Below are positions 38,574 to 46,499 of a DNA stretch of 64,000 nt, piece after piece. Numbering within the stretch: the stretch's first letter is position 1; each line of letters opens with the position of its first letter. Under the pieces are notes generated by a model. It made no database searches. It had not been told where the DNA came from and was given only the letters and a program-made list of their open reading frames with translations. The position numbers and the translations under genes are program-made. Source of the DNA: Escherichia phage ECML-10; sequence record OL631479.1; one strand, written 5' to 3'.

Positions 38574-38830
38574 TTTGTTTCTCCTTTCTGGTTTTTGTGT
38601 TGGTGGGGATTAGCTCCCCGTTGATTATTATTATCCATATTTCGGACCGGATTGCAACACCCCGGAAGAAAAATTTTTTGAAAAAGTTAGGCCCCCAGGG
38701 ATCGGGGGCCGTTATCAGTTACTTACAGCGATAAAATACATCCCTACGCCTAACAATATTTCAAGGGCGATGATCTCAAGCCATACCATAACCCGGCGCA
38801 CCTTATCGGTGCGGGGCTTATCCTTGGTTG

Positions 38831-39078
38831 TCATCGTCTCCCCCTTTCATCCTGGTAGTAGTGACGTGGTTTACAATGGCCCCCAGGAGTACCATCACCA
38901 CGCACATCACAAGAAAAATTATCTCTGTCGTTGTTCGATCCATTGTTATAAAATTCCTTAAGATCAGGCCTGAAAATAAAGCGTTCGTTATTGAATCCAT
39001 CACGCCAGGCGGCTGGCTTCAAATCTTCATCAAAGGGATTAATTAACGTGGTATTATTTAAACGGCTGGCCCACATAT
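38831..39078 (-). CDS. hypothetical protein (frame choice uncertain)
   Basis: two overlapping minus-strand ORFs here (38831-39094 and 38818-39003); neither can be preferred with confidence. Confidence 0.3.
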
Positions 39079-39425
39079 TTTCTATTCCTCTCAAATAGGC
39101 GATCCGCCTCAGTTAAACAAATCTCATGGGCGTGATCTCTGGTTTTAGCTTCATCGAAAACCTGTTGTGCAAGGCTGCAGCGTAGGGAGACTGGAAGATC
39201 ACTATAATAGGCGTTGACAAATGTTTGCGCGTCATACAGGTCGGAAAATACTTTACCCTTTCTATTATCGCCTTTGTCAACAATTGCAAGGATAACAAGT
39301 ACAATAGTTGCAACCACCCCCAGGAAAATAGATATAATAAACCATAAAAAGGCGGATCTACCCATCTTGCCAGCGATCCAGGCGTTAAACAAGGCAACTA
39401 ATACGGCCAAAATAATAAATTCCAT
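39054..39425 (-). CDS. membrane protein (two predicted TM helices)
   Basis: start at MEFIILAV after AAAGAGG; hydrophobic helices FIILAVLVALFNAWIAG and FLWFIISIFLGVVATIVLVILAIV. Confidence 0.5.
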   Translation of the reverse strand: MEFIILAVLVALFNAWIAGKMGRSAFLWFIISIFLGVVATIVLVILAIVDKGDNRKGKVFSDLYDAQTFVNAYYSDLPVSLRCSLAQQVFDEAKTRDHAHEICLTEADRLFERNRKYVGQPFK

Positions 39426-39489
39426 TCTATGTACCTCTTTTGCAGTTCTGTTTAACAATAAGGCGGCAAATATGCCGCCTGTTACCTGA

Positions 39490-39870
39490 TTAAAAATTAT
39501 CGCCGTAAATCTTTCCGCTTTCTGCCCACACCACCACGCGGGGCATACTATCCCACACGTCTTGTTTTAGATTGAGCGCGTGCAATTCTTCGGTGGTGCC
39601 CATACCAGGCACGGGCTGATTGTATACTGCAAAACGACCACCTGCATAATCATAGGCCAGGGTTAAATCACACTGAATCATCTTTTTGATCATGGCGTTG
39701 AGCATAGCGTTAGCCGCATACTGGTCACGTTTTAAAGGCAACTCTTTGATTAGTTTGCGATAGTTTTCAATGTGATCGCACACTGTTTCACGTGGAAGAT
39801 CTTTCATATCCTCGCGAAAGGTAACCAGGTTAAACATAACGGTGTCAATAGCTTTAGTAGTGTTTTTCAT
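39490..39870 (-). CDS. hypothetical protein
   Basis: AAAGAGGAAAACATT RBS; 126 aa. Confidence 0.5.
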   Translation of the reverse strand: MKNTTKAIDTVMFNLVTFREDMKDLPRETVCDHIENYRKLIKELPLKRDQYAANAMLNAMIKKMIQCDLTLAYDYAGGRFAVYNQPVPGMGTTEELHALNLKQDVWDSMPRVVVWAESGKIYGDNF

Positions 39871-39960
39871 AATGTTTTCCTCTTTGTTTTGTGTGGGGCA
39901 AACGTCTTGCCCCCCTTGAGTTTTAATATAGCAAGTTTTTAGATTATTGCAACACTTTAT

Positions 39961-40137
39961 TTATGAAAAACTCATCTCTCCATATTCATCCACATCAAAC
40001 CGCCAATCATTGGCCTCAATAAGGCCGATCAGGTTTTCGGTAGTGAACTGTTCTAGATAGGCCTCCTCCAGGTCTACGTAAACCTTGCGGGATAGCTCCC
40101 GTACCGTCTCGGTGATCAGCTCTTCCAGGTCTTCCAC
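39961..40137 (-). CDS. hypothetical small acidic protein (58 aa, GTG start)
   Basis: first ORF downstream of the minus-strand promoter at 40185-40212; weak RBS. Confidence 0.3.
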   Translation of the reverse strand: MEDLEELITETVRELSRKVYVDLEEAYLEQFTTENLIGLIEANDWRFDVDEYGEMSFS

Positions 40138-40158
40138 TTTGTTTTCTTTGTTAGTGGC

Positions 40159-40212
40159 GGGAAGTTTTCCCGTTTACATGCTTAAGTATACTTATCGAGA
40201 TTTACTTGTCAA
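40159..40212 (-). promoter_or_regulatory. sigma70-like promoter with palindromic operator-like leader
   Basis: minus strand TTGACA-16 nt-TATACT followed by GTAAACGGGAAAACTTCCC (palindrome GGGAA-aac-TTCCC). Confidence 0.55.
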
Positions 40213-40462
40213 CACTATTTTTTAAATTATTGTGGCGCAAAATGTTTAAAATCTCTTCAACGTCATCAACACGGCGGCAATTTTTAAACGCTACCAATTG
40301 CCCCAAGATTTTGATCACTGGGCGGCCTTGCCAGTGCCCCTGGAGAAAGCGCGCTTTAACTTTATCGGTGGAACTATCACGCCACCAAACTGCTTTATTA
40401 TTGCAGTAGTAAAAATTATTCAGGACAACATCAACTTTATCAAAATTTTTTAATTTACGCAT
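40202..40462 (-). CDS. hypothetical protein
   Basis: GAAGGAAGGAG RBS; 86 aa. Confidence 0.5.
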   Translation of the reverse strand: MRKLKNFDKVDVVLNNFYYCNNKAVWWRDSSTDKVKARFLQGHWQGRPVIKILGQLVAFKNCRRVDDVEEILNILRHNNLKNSVDK

Positions 40463-40707
40463 GGCGTTTACTCCTTCCTTCTTGCTTTGATGTGGTTAGT
40501 ATATCCGGACTGTTCCAAGGTGTCAATCTTTAAATAAAATCACTGTTAATGATATTTTTAACACCATAAAACGGCCCTAGGTGATGTTTTCAGGTCAATA
40601 AAGGGGATTGCATAGGTAGGGGCTTTTGTGGCGTTTGTGGGGCCAACCAGGGGCGCTATTCGTAGGATAGAAATAAAAAGCCCCGCACAATGGCGGGGCG
40701 TTGGTTG

Positions 40708-40905
40708 CTATTTGTCTTTATGGCGGTACCGTTCCGCCTGTCGTTCACGTTCCAAAAGCAGGCCCGGCAGTTTACGATCATAATGATTCCGCCAGATCTT
40801 CCCAAATCTTTTTGGCTTATTTAGTTTATTGTTACGCTGGCGGCGTTCCGGCAGCTCTTCGGAATCATGAGATCGCTTTACAATCTTTTCAAAATTAATC
40901 TTCAT
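40708..40905 (-). CDS. small highly basic protein
   Basis: ATG after AAGGGGGG; Arg/Lys-rich (RRQRNNKLNKPKRFGKIWRNHYDRK). Confidence 0.45.
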   Translation of the reverse strand: MKINFEKIVKRSHDSEELPERRQRNNKLNKPKRFGKIWRNHYDRKLPGLLLERERQAERYRHKDK

Positions 40906-41243
40906 ATATTCCCCCCTTGCTAACTTCAATATTGGCCTGAATAGCCCGGATACGGCGCTTTATAACTTCCTGATCTGTGTGATCGTATCCCCAAAAGTCT
41001 ACAATTTTTGCGCCCCCCGCTTCCAGGCGGTACAGTGTTTCCTGCATTTTGTAAGCCGGGATCGGTCGCGGTGTTACTTGGTCACCTTCTTTATTTTTAT
41101 ACTTTATAATATAATCTTCATTATCGTTGAATGTCCAAAATGGATATTCTGCAAGGGCGGTACTTTCCTTTTTATCCTGGATCTTGTTTACAATTAAAGC
41201 CGTAGCAATAGCGCCAATAATAAAACTAGCCCCGCTGATCATG
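40895..41243 (-). CDS. membrane-anchored protein
   Basis: ATG after AAAGGAGAAAG; N-terminal TM helix ISGASFIIGAIATALIV. Confidence 0.5.
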
Positions 41244-41317
41244 TACTTTCTCCTTTCATTGTGTTGATAAACTATCTTTATAGATGGCCCTGCTACCAGG
41301 ACCACCGAAAAACCAGC

Positions 41318-41563
41318 TTATTTGACGATACCGACAAAACAGATCCCGCCTTCCCCTATATAGGCAATATCGGTAATTTGATAATTTGTCAAGATCCGCG
41401 TGTTCAGATCATTAATAAAATCGGTCATCGCGTTGGTGTAGTTGTCTTCCGTGTCTAAGGCATAATCCCAGGTGTAAACCTTTTTACGTCCGAAGCCTTT
41501 TACCATGATACGGGCGCTTTTGGTGTTGGTAGGGGCATAATATTTGGTGATTAGTGCTGCCAT
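41318..41563 (-). CDS. hypothetical protein
   Basis: ATAGGAG RBS; 81 aa. Confidence 0.45.
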   Translation of the reverse strand: MAALITKYYAPTNTKSARIMVKGFGRKKVYTWDYALDTEDNYTNAMTDFINDLNTRILTNYQITDIAYIGEGGICFVGIVK

Positions 41564-41604
41564 GGTTTTAACTCCTATGCATTAGTTCAGTGTTAACAGT
41601 ATAA

Positions 41605-41656
41605 CGTTTACTTTATTGATGGCCCTGGAGTCAAGGCCATCTAAAAATAAATTTAC
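41605..41656. repeat. conserved ~50-bp intergenic stem-loop element, copy 2
   Basis: TTTACTTTATTGATGGCCCTGGAGTCAAGGCCATCTAAAAATAAATTTAC. Confidence 0.7.
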
Positions 41657-41994
41657 TCGTTTTCTTCCAGTTCTGCAAGCTCTTCTTTCACTTCTTCAAG
41701 CTCTGTATGCAATTCCTGGTATTCTTCATCGTCCTCAATATCCAGGCTGTCGATGTAGTCGCTAAATCCGCAGCGGTAAGCGATAGGATCTAGCTCCTTG
41801 AGGATACGCGACGGAAGAAAAGAAATGTTTCCGATCATAATTTCGCCGTAGATCTCGTCTAACCATTCATCATAGTTTTCGTCGTACTTGTCCTCGTCGA
41901 TTTCAAAGTTATCGATCTTGTTCTCAAGGTCTGCGATCTGTTTTTTCAGCGCGGCGATCTGCATAGCTTTTTCTGCGGCGGTCATAGTAGTCAT
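41653..41994 (-). CDS. hypothetical acidic coiled-coil protein
   Basis: AAAGGAGAAAACACT RBS; 113 aa, Glu/Asp-rich. Confidence 0.5.
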   Translation of the reverse strand: MTTMTAAEKAMQIAALKKQIADLENKIDNFEIDEDKYDENYDEWLDEIYGEIMIGNISFLPSRILKELDPIAYRCGFSDYIDSLDIEDDEEYQELHTELEEVKEELAELEENE

Positions 41995-42019
41995 AGTGTT
42001 TTCTCCTTTTGTGTGCTCT

Positions 42020-42073
42020 GGGAAGTTTTCCCGTTTACGTGTTTAAGTATATCGATCTAAGTTAGTTTGTCAA
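42020..42073 (-). promoter_or_regulatory. sigma70-like promoter with palindromic operator-like leader (paralog of 40159-40212)
   Basis: minus strand TTGACA-16 nt-TATACT followed by GTAAACGGGAAAACTTCCC. Confidence 0.55.
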
Positions 42074-42193
42074 TTAAAAATTTAAGAAAAATTTTGCAAA
42101 ACTGTTAGCGCTACTCATTAACATTTGCGCCAGGATGTAACCGACAACGCAAACGATAATAGTTATCTTTGTGTATTGGCGTGTAGTGCTCAT
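42074..42193 (-). CDS. small hydrophobic peptide (39 aa)
   Basis: ATG after AAAAAGGGGG; TM-like ITIIVCVVGYILAQMLM; not in the 60-aa ORF track. Confidence 0.35.
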   Translation of the reverse strand: MSTTRQYTKITIIVCVVGYILAQMLMSSANSFAKFFLNF

Positions 42194-42225
42194 CTTAAAG
42201 CCCCCTTTTTCGCTTAGTTGAGATT

Positions 42226-42276
42226 AGTTTACTTTATTGAAGGCCCTGGAGTCAAGGCCATCTAAAAATAAACTTA
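42226..42276. repeat. conserved ~50-bp intergenic stem-loop element, copy 3
   Basis: TTTACTTTATTGAAGGCCCTGGAGTCAAGGCCATCTAAAAATAAACTTAG. Confidence 0.7.
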
Positions 42277-42678
42277 GTAAGTTTTCAGTACTTTACCGTC
42301 CAACCTGTCAAGCTGGATCTCGATAGCTGCAGAAAACCTATTGTAAACCACATCGCCCATAGAATCCAACCAGTCTATGACATTATACACTTGCTCTTTG
42401 TTCTTGCAGGTCCGGATCCGTTTCATGATGTAAGCCGGATCAATATTGGTACTCTCGTTGGTGTTCCCCTGTACCTGGTTTGCCGTATTAGTTACATCTT
42501 TAATGGCCTTTACCACCACCTGGAATGGCTTTAAGGTGCCTTTTGCGTTCATCTCACGCGCTTTTGCGGCGCGGTTGTTATATGTTACACAACGGCGGCA
42601 AATGTTGACCAAATGCATGTCAATAATTTTTTCATCGTTTGCCAGTTCGTTCATGATGCGGCGTACGTTCTTATTCAT
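42274..42678 (-). CDS. hypothetical protein
   Basis: CAGAGGAAAAGCT RBS; 134 aa. Confidence 0.5.
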   Translation of the reverse strand: MNKNVRRIMNELANDEKIIDMHLVNICRRCVTYNNRAAKAREMNAKGTLKPFQVVVKAIKDVTNTANQVQGNTNESTNIDPAYIMKRIRTCKNKEQVYNVIDWLDSMGDVVYNRFSAAIEIQLDRLDGKVLKTY

Positions 42679-42757
42679 AGCTTTTCCTCTGTGTTGGCGG
42701 GATGTTCCCCGCCTTTTGTGTCTAGTTTACTTAAATTTTGCAGCGTGTCAATGATTT

Positions 42758-43156
42758 TTATTCGTGGGCGCATGTTACAATGTGCTTTTTATAGCCTAGG
42801 TGGTCAGCAAGTGCCGACAAAAACTCTTCTTCGTAGATCCAGCCGTCGGCAGTGATCCCCATAGCATTTAATGCGCTCTCAAGTGCTGCGTTAGCTTTAT
42901 CATAACCGTGACCGCCCGCCTTGCCGCCAGTATAGCCGTACTTATTGTTCTTGTTGTCGTGTATCCAAAAAACGCAGTAGTGAGTGTTCCCGCTGGCGGC
43001 GGCATAATACCGGATCTCAGCTACTTCGTGCAAATTATTGTCATCGTCCAGGCCCACCAGATTATAAGCCTTGTAAAATCCACGATCACGGCGGCAGTTC
43101 TTGACATCAGAAAAAGAAAAGTCCGCATTATCAAAATTAAAGGTAGTGGTTTTCAT
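42758..43156 (-). CDS. hypothetical protein
   Basis: AAGAGGATAAAATC RBS; 132 aa. Confidence 0.5.
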   Translation of the reverse strand: MKTTTFNFDNADFSFSDVKNCRRDRGFYKAYNLVGLDDDNNLHEVAEIRYYAAASGNTHYCVFWIHDNKNNKYGYTGGKAGGHGYDKANAALESALNAMGITADGWIYEEEFLSALADHLGYKKHIVTCAHE

Positions 43157-43220
43157 GATTTTATCCTCTTAGTGTCTTTTGTGCTTTTAGTGTATTTTGT
43201 GTCAGGCCATATGTCAATAC

Positions 43221-43418
43221 TTATTTTTTATTAAACCAGTGGTTGATCTGGCCTTTTGTCAGGGCGCAACGATTAAGTTGGTGCCGGGTATAGCTCTGAC
43301 CGCGACGGAATTTATAAAGGCCTTGCCCGTTGTTGATGGTTACGTCCACCTGGCAAACCATTTGATCGGTGACCACCTGGCGAGTGCTGCGACGTACTTT
43401 GATTCCGTAGGCGTTCAT
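43221..43418 (-). CDS. small basic protein
   Basis: ATG after AGAGAGGATAAAAAAATC; 65 aa. Confidence 0.45.
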   Translation of the reverse strand: MNAYGIKVRRSTRQVVTDQMVCQVDVTINNGQGLYKFRRGQSYTRHQLNRCALTKGQINHWFNKK

Positions 43419-43497
43419 GATTTTTTTATCCTCTCTGTTAATTAGTGTGGTGTTGTTCACCTTGCGAGGATAAGAATAACAAGAACTGTCCGAGCTG

Positions 43498-43657
43498 TCA
43501 ACCATTAGTTAAAATTATTTTTGCCCCTGCCAGGTTAACCATCATTTTTTCGTACTCTTCTTTATGTTCCAACGCTCCCGCCATAGCCTTTTCAACCAGG
43601 GCGATAGCCTCAGCGTCATTAATAGCTACATTTTCCAGGGGGATTATATTACCTTTC
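43498..43657 (-). CDS. hypothetical small protein (53 aa)
   Basis: ATG after GGAGGTACAAAA; not in the 60-aa ORF track. Confidence 0.4.
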
Positions 43658-43818
43658 ATTTTTGTACCTCCCCTTCAATTGTTACCTATCCTATAGCATA
43701 GGCCCACCAGGTTTACAAGCCTTCATTCTCTCCTGCCTGGTCAGTTAGGTCCTGCCAGGCTGGCCCCGCCAGGTTGCAGCGGTTAGCGCATCAGGTTAGA
43801 AAAATTTTTTGAAAAGTG

Positions 43819-43950
43819 TTGACAGCGGCCCCGCCAGGTGGCACAATATACCTATCGAAAGGACGGCAGGCACCGGTGACGGGGGAGACAACCACCGGGG
43901 ATGGGCGCTGCATAAAATGAGAACGGTTATCATTATCATTTAAAAATTTA
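43819..43950 (+). ncRNA. candidate small RNA unit 1 (promoter plus ~90-nt structured transcript)
   Basis: AT-rich UP-like tract, TTGACA-17 nt-CACAAT, then CCGGUG stem with loop containing GGGAGACAAC, ending GAGAACGGTTATCATTATCATTT; no ORF. Confidence 0.35.
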
Positions 43951-43961
43951 TGCAAAAAATC

Positions 43962-44075
43962 CTTGCTTTCTTTGTCCTGTGTGATACTATAATAACAAGC
44001 CGGGGCAACAGGGGCCGGGAGACAATCACCGGGCCTGCCCGTTATTCTGCAAACGAGAATGATTATCATTCAAAA
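43962..44075 (+). ncRNA. candidate small RNA unit 2 (paralog of unit 1)
   Basis: TATAAT at 43988, then GGGAGACAATCACCGGG and GAGAATGATTATCATT, homologous to unit 1. Confidence 0.35.
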
Positions 44076-44179
44076 TTCTAAATGAGAACTCCTCGCATTT
44101 AATAAATTTAATTAGCATGCTAATTACCCTCCGTAACAATTTCCTATAAAACAGTATCCCATAAAATATTCCCATATAG

Positions 44180-44640
44180 AAATTTTAAAAATCCATTTCT
44201 GAAAACGAAAAATCGATTTCGTCCCCAAAAATTTCAGGTCGAGATCCGGAACGATTTCCAGAAAATCCGATTCAGAAAACGAAAAACAGATCGAGTACTG
44301 AGAAATTTATCGAGAAAAATTTTCAGAAAATCCAAGCCATGAAATGAAAAGTAGATCGAGTACTTGGAAAGCTGCACCGCAACTTCAAGATAGTGGTTAG
44401 ATTGTTACCATAGAAGGTTAAGGGCAAGTGGAGGAAGTTCTAGTAGAGGGAGGTTAGCATGTGTGGGAAATCTATAATGGTGGCCTGGAATATGGTGCAA
44501 ACGATAGGATGAGTTATTCAGCTTGTCGCGCCTACTCTGAAAAATCCATTTTAGTTTTCGATCCATTTTCTGATTTTCTAAGAATTTTAAAATATCCAGC
44601 CCGGTGAAATATCAAAAGGAGGAAATCCATTTTAGAAATC
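44180..44640. repeat. iteron-like degenerate direct-repeat region
   Basis: repeated CAGAAAATCC(R)ATT, GAAAACGAAAAA and AGATCGAGTACT motifs in an AT-rich ORF-free stretch. Confidence 0.6.
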
Positions 44641-44675
44641 CCCCTTACACTTGATATGCCAGGAATTTTCAAGTA

Positions 44676-45005
44676 TCAGCTGTCTTTGTTTTTAGGTTTG
44701 TACATGCGTAAAGGTATGGTCTTTGTAACATTCCATTTCCTCAATCCTTCCCAGCTCCAGTTGTGGGCGTGGTATCCGGTTATGCATGCACTACTGGAGT
44801 GATCGTAAGCATAAGAGAACGCTAAGCGCACCAGGTGGGGCCAGTCCTTCCATGGTTGTGGACCGTAAGCTTTTCTCCAACACCGACACAAACTAAATGT
44901 CTCAAGGATAGGAAGGATAACAAACCCATACACTGTCACCAAAATAGTCAGTGCAATGATTGTCAGGAACACATACCCTGCAGTTGAAATGATGATCTCT
45001 GTCAT
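44676..45005 (-). CDS. membrane protein
   Basis: AAAGGGGA RBS; N-terminal TM helices. Confidence 0.5.
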   Translation of the reverse strand: MTEIIISTAGYVFLTIIALTILVTVYGFVILPILETFSLCRCWRKAYGPQPWKDWPHLVRLAFSYAYDHSSSACITGYHAHNWSWEGLRKWNVTKTIPLRMYKPKNKDS

Positions 45006-45199
45006 TTGTCGTCCCCTTTCTTACGGATATAAATGTGAGAACCTGCCTGTATATAAATTTCTCGACCATCTTCTGCGAAGATGTGGAATACACGGTCACC
45101 TTCGTACTCAATACGAGATATCTTCATAATGGTCTTTCCACCTGGGATACGGATCTCGTCCCCCACAGCGATGTTCCATGCAGATTTAAGCTTAAACAT
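45002..45199 (-). CDS. hypothetical protein
   Basis: ATG after GGAGGGTGCAG; 65 aa. Confidence 0.45.
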   Translation of the reverse strand: MFKLKSAWNIAVGDEIRIPGGKTIMKISRIEYEGDRVFHIFAEDGREIYIQAGSHIYIRKKGDDK

Positions 45200-45437
45200 C
45201 TGCACCCTCCTTTGGGAACTTGAACTCTGGCATAGCCATATACGCTACAACAGGGTTGTGATCAAAGTAGAACTGACCGTTAATTATCCCGGTTTTACTC
45301 ACATAGTTACCAGATCCTGCAAGAACAACCTCGCAAGCTCCGAAATCTACATTGCCATCCTCATCAGCCATGGCTACGATATACTTTCCTAGAGGCATGT
45401 TTTTAACGCCGTCTACAAATGTCCACCCTTTGTTCAT
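45192..45437 (-). CDS. hypothetical protein
   Basis: CAGGAGATAAAGT RBS; 81 aa. Confidence 0.45.
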   Translation of the reverse strand: MNKGWTFVDGVKNMPLGKYIVAMADEDGNVDFGACEVVLAGSGNYVSKTGIINGQFYFDHNPVVAYMAMPEFKFPKEGADV

Positions 45438-45457
45438 ACTTTATCTCCTGCACTTTC

Positions 45458-45790
45458 TTAAGGTAACCAGTAAACAATCTCGCCTTTCAGCTTCATGTCG
45501 TTTCCAACATAAATTTCCCAGCCATCCATCTTAGCAACTGTAGGCCCAAAGTCATCCGCACCCCTTACCTCTTTCCAGGCTCCGTAGTCAGGTTGCCAGA
45601 TATAGAATCCACCTTCTTTGTCCCATGCTCCGTACACTACGTTTAACAGGTTTCCCATTGCAACAATGGTGGGCCGTGGGAATAATACATCTACAGATGC
45701 GCCACAATTTCGGGTATCTTTTAAGTTGCAATCCCAAAAGATGTCTGCCAGTGTGGCGGCGATAGCTTTACGTCTTTCTAATGTTACCAT
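45458..45790 (-). CDS. hypothetical protein
   Basis: 110 aa ORF. Confidence 0.45.
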   Translation of the reverse strand: MVTLERRKAIAATLADIFWDCNLKDTRNCGASVDVLFPRPTIVAMGNLLNVVYGAWDKEGGFYIWQPDYGAWKEVRGADDFGPTVAKMDGWEIYVGNDMKLKGEIVYWLP

Positions 45791-45799
45791 GTATCATAC

Positions 45800-45991
45800 T
45801 CACTTGTTGTTAATAAGTTCTAAAACTTTCTGTCTTACTTTGTCAAGGTCTGTTGATTCAAAAACTGTGCGATATCCCCAACTTTGCCCATAGGAGTGAC
45901 TGCAATCTCCGTAGCACCATTGCTCAATTTGATAGTATTCAAGGAAGGGGTGCTGTCTAACTATGATGCCATCCCGGTTAAAAATTACCAT
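45800..45991 (-). CDS. hypothetical protein
   Basis: 63 aa ORF. Confidence 0.4.
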   Translation of the reverse strand: MVIFNRDGIIVRQHPFLEYYQIEQWCYGDCSHSYGQSWGYRTVFESTDLDKVRQKVLELINNK

Positions 45992-46054
45992 AATACGTCG
46001 CTCTCTGTTAGTCTGTGCGTATATTATACACTGTAGTTTTCAGATGTCAATCTT

Positions 46055-46306
46055 TTACAGGTTACTCCAGTATGCTCGGCATTTACATTTCGGGCAATGA
46101 GGCTCTTTTATGTAATAACCATCAGTCTTTGGAACACTTTTTGGTGCAGTTTTAAGATTGTACCGAGTAAAACACCGGAAGCAGGTTACCTCTCCAACCT
46201 GTTGATCGTTTATCCACTCGCCAGAGTAAAGCTCTCTCTTGTTTCTCATAATTCTCTCCCAAATCCTCTGCAATCTTATACCAAAATCTCCAGCCAGAAA
46301 GCACAC
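46055..46306 (-). CDS. small Cys-rich (zinc-ribbon-like) protein
   Basis: CFRCF...CPKCKC; start uncertain. Confidence 0.4.
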   Translation of the reverse strand: MCFLAGDFGIRLQRIWERIMRNKRELYSGEWINDQQVGEVTCFRCFTRYNLKTAPKSVPKTDGYYIKEPHCPKCKCRAYWSNL

Positions 46307-46499
46307 GGGAACACTTTGATGATTGAATCTTTACCTGGTTCAGCAGTTCTTTTTCCGTAGGGTAGGTAGAAATACCCTCCTGCAGATTCGAACACAGCCC
46401 CTTCGGTTGTATCTATCACAGCCAGAATTAAGATTTTAGTCTCCATAGTGCTCCCTCTCTCAATCGTTGTGGTGACTATACCATCTCAAAAACCAGCTG

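Noticed and set aside
38818-39003. Alternative 61-aa membrane-like ORF overlapping 38831-39078 in another frame
   Set aside because: It cannot be distinguished from the overlapping frame by sequence alone; one frame is reported at low confidence and this one is noted as the alternative.
38325-42276. The three conserved 50-bp stem-loop elements as rho-independent terminators
   Set aside because: On both strands the stem is followed by an A-rich tract rather than a U-run, and the stem is only 7 bp.
44180-44640. Possible CRISPR array suggested by short repeated motifs
   Set aside because: Repeats are degenerate, AT-rich, irregularly spaced and mixed in orientation; there is no fixed-length repeat-spacer periodicity and no cas genes.
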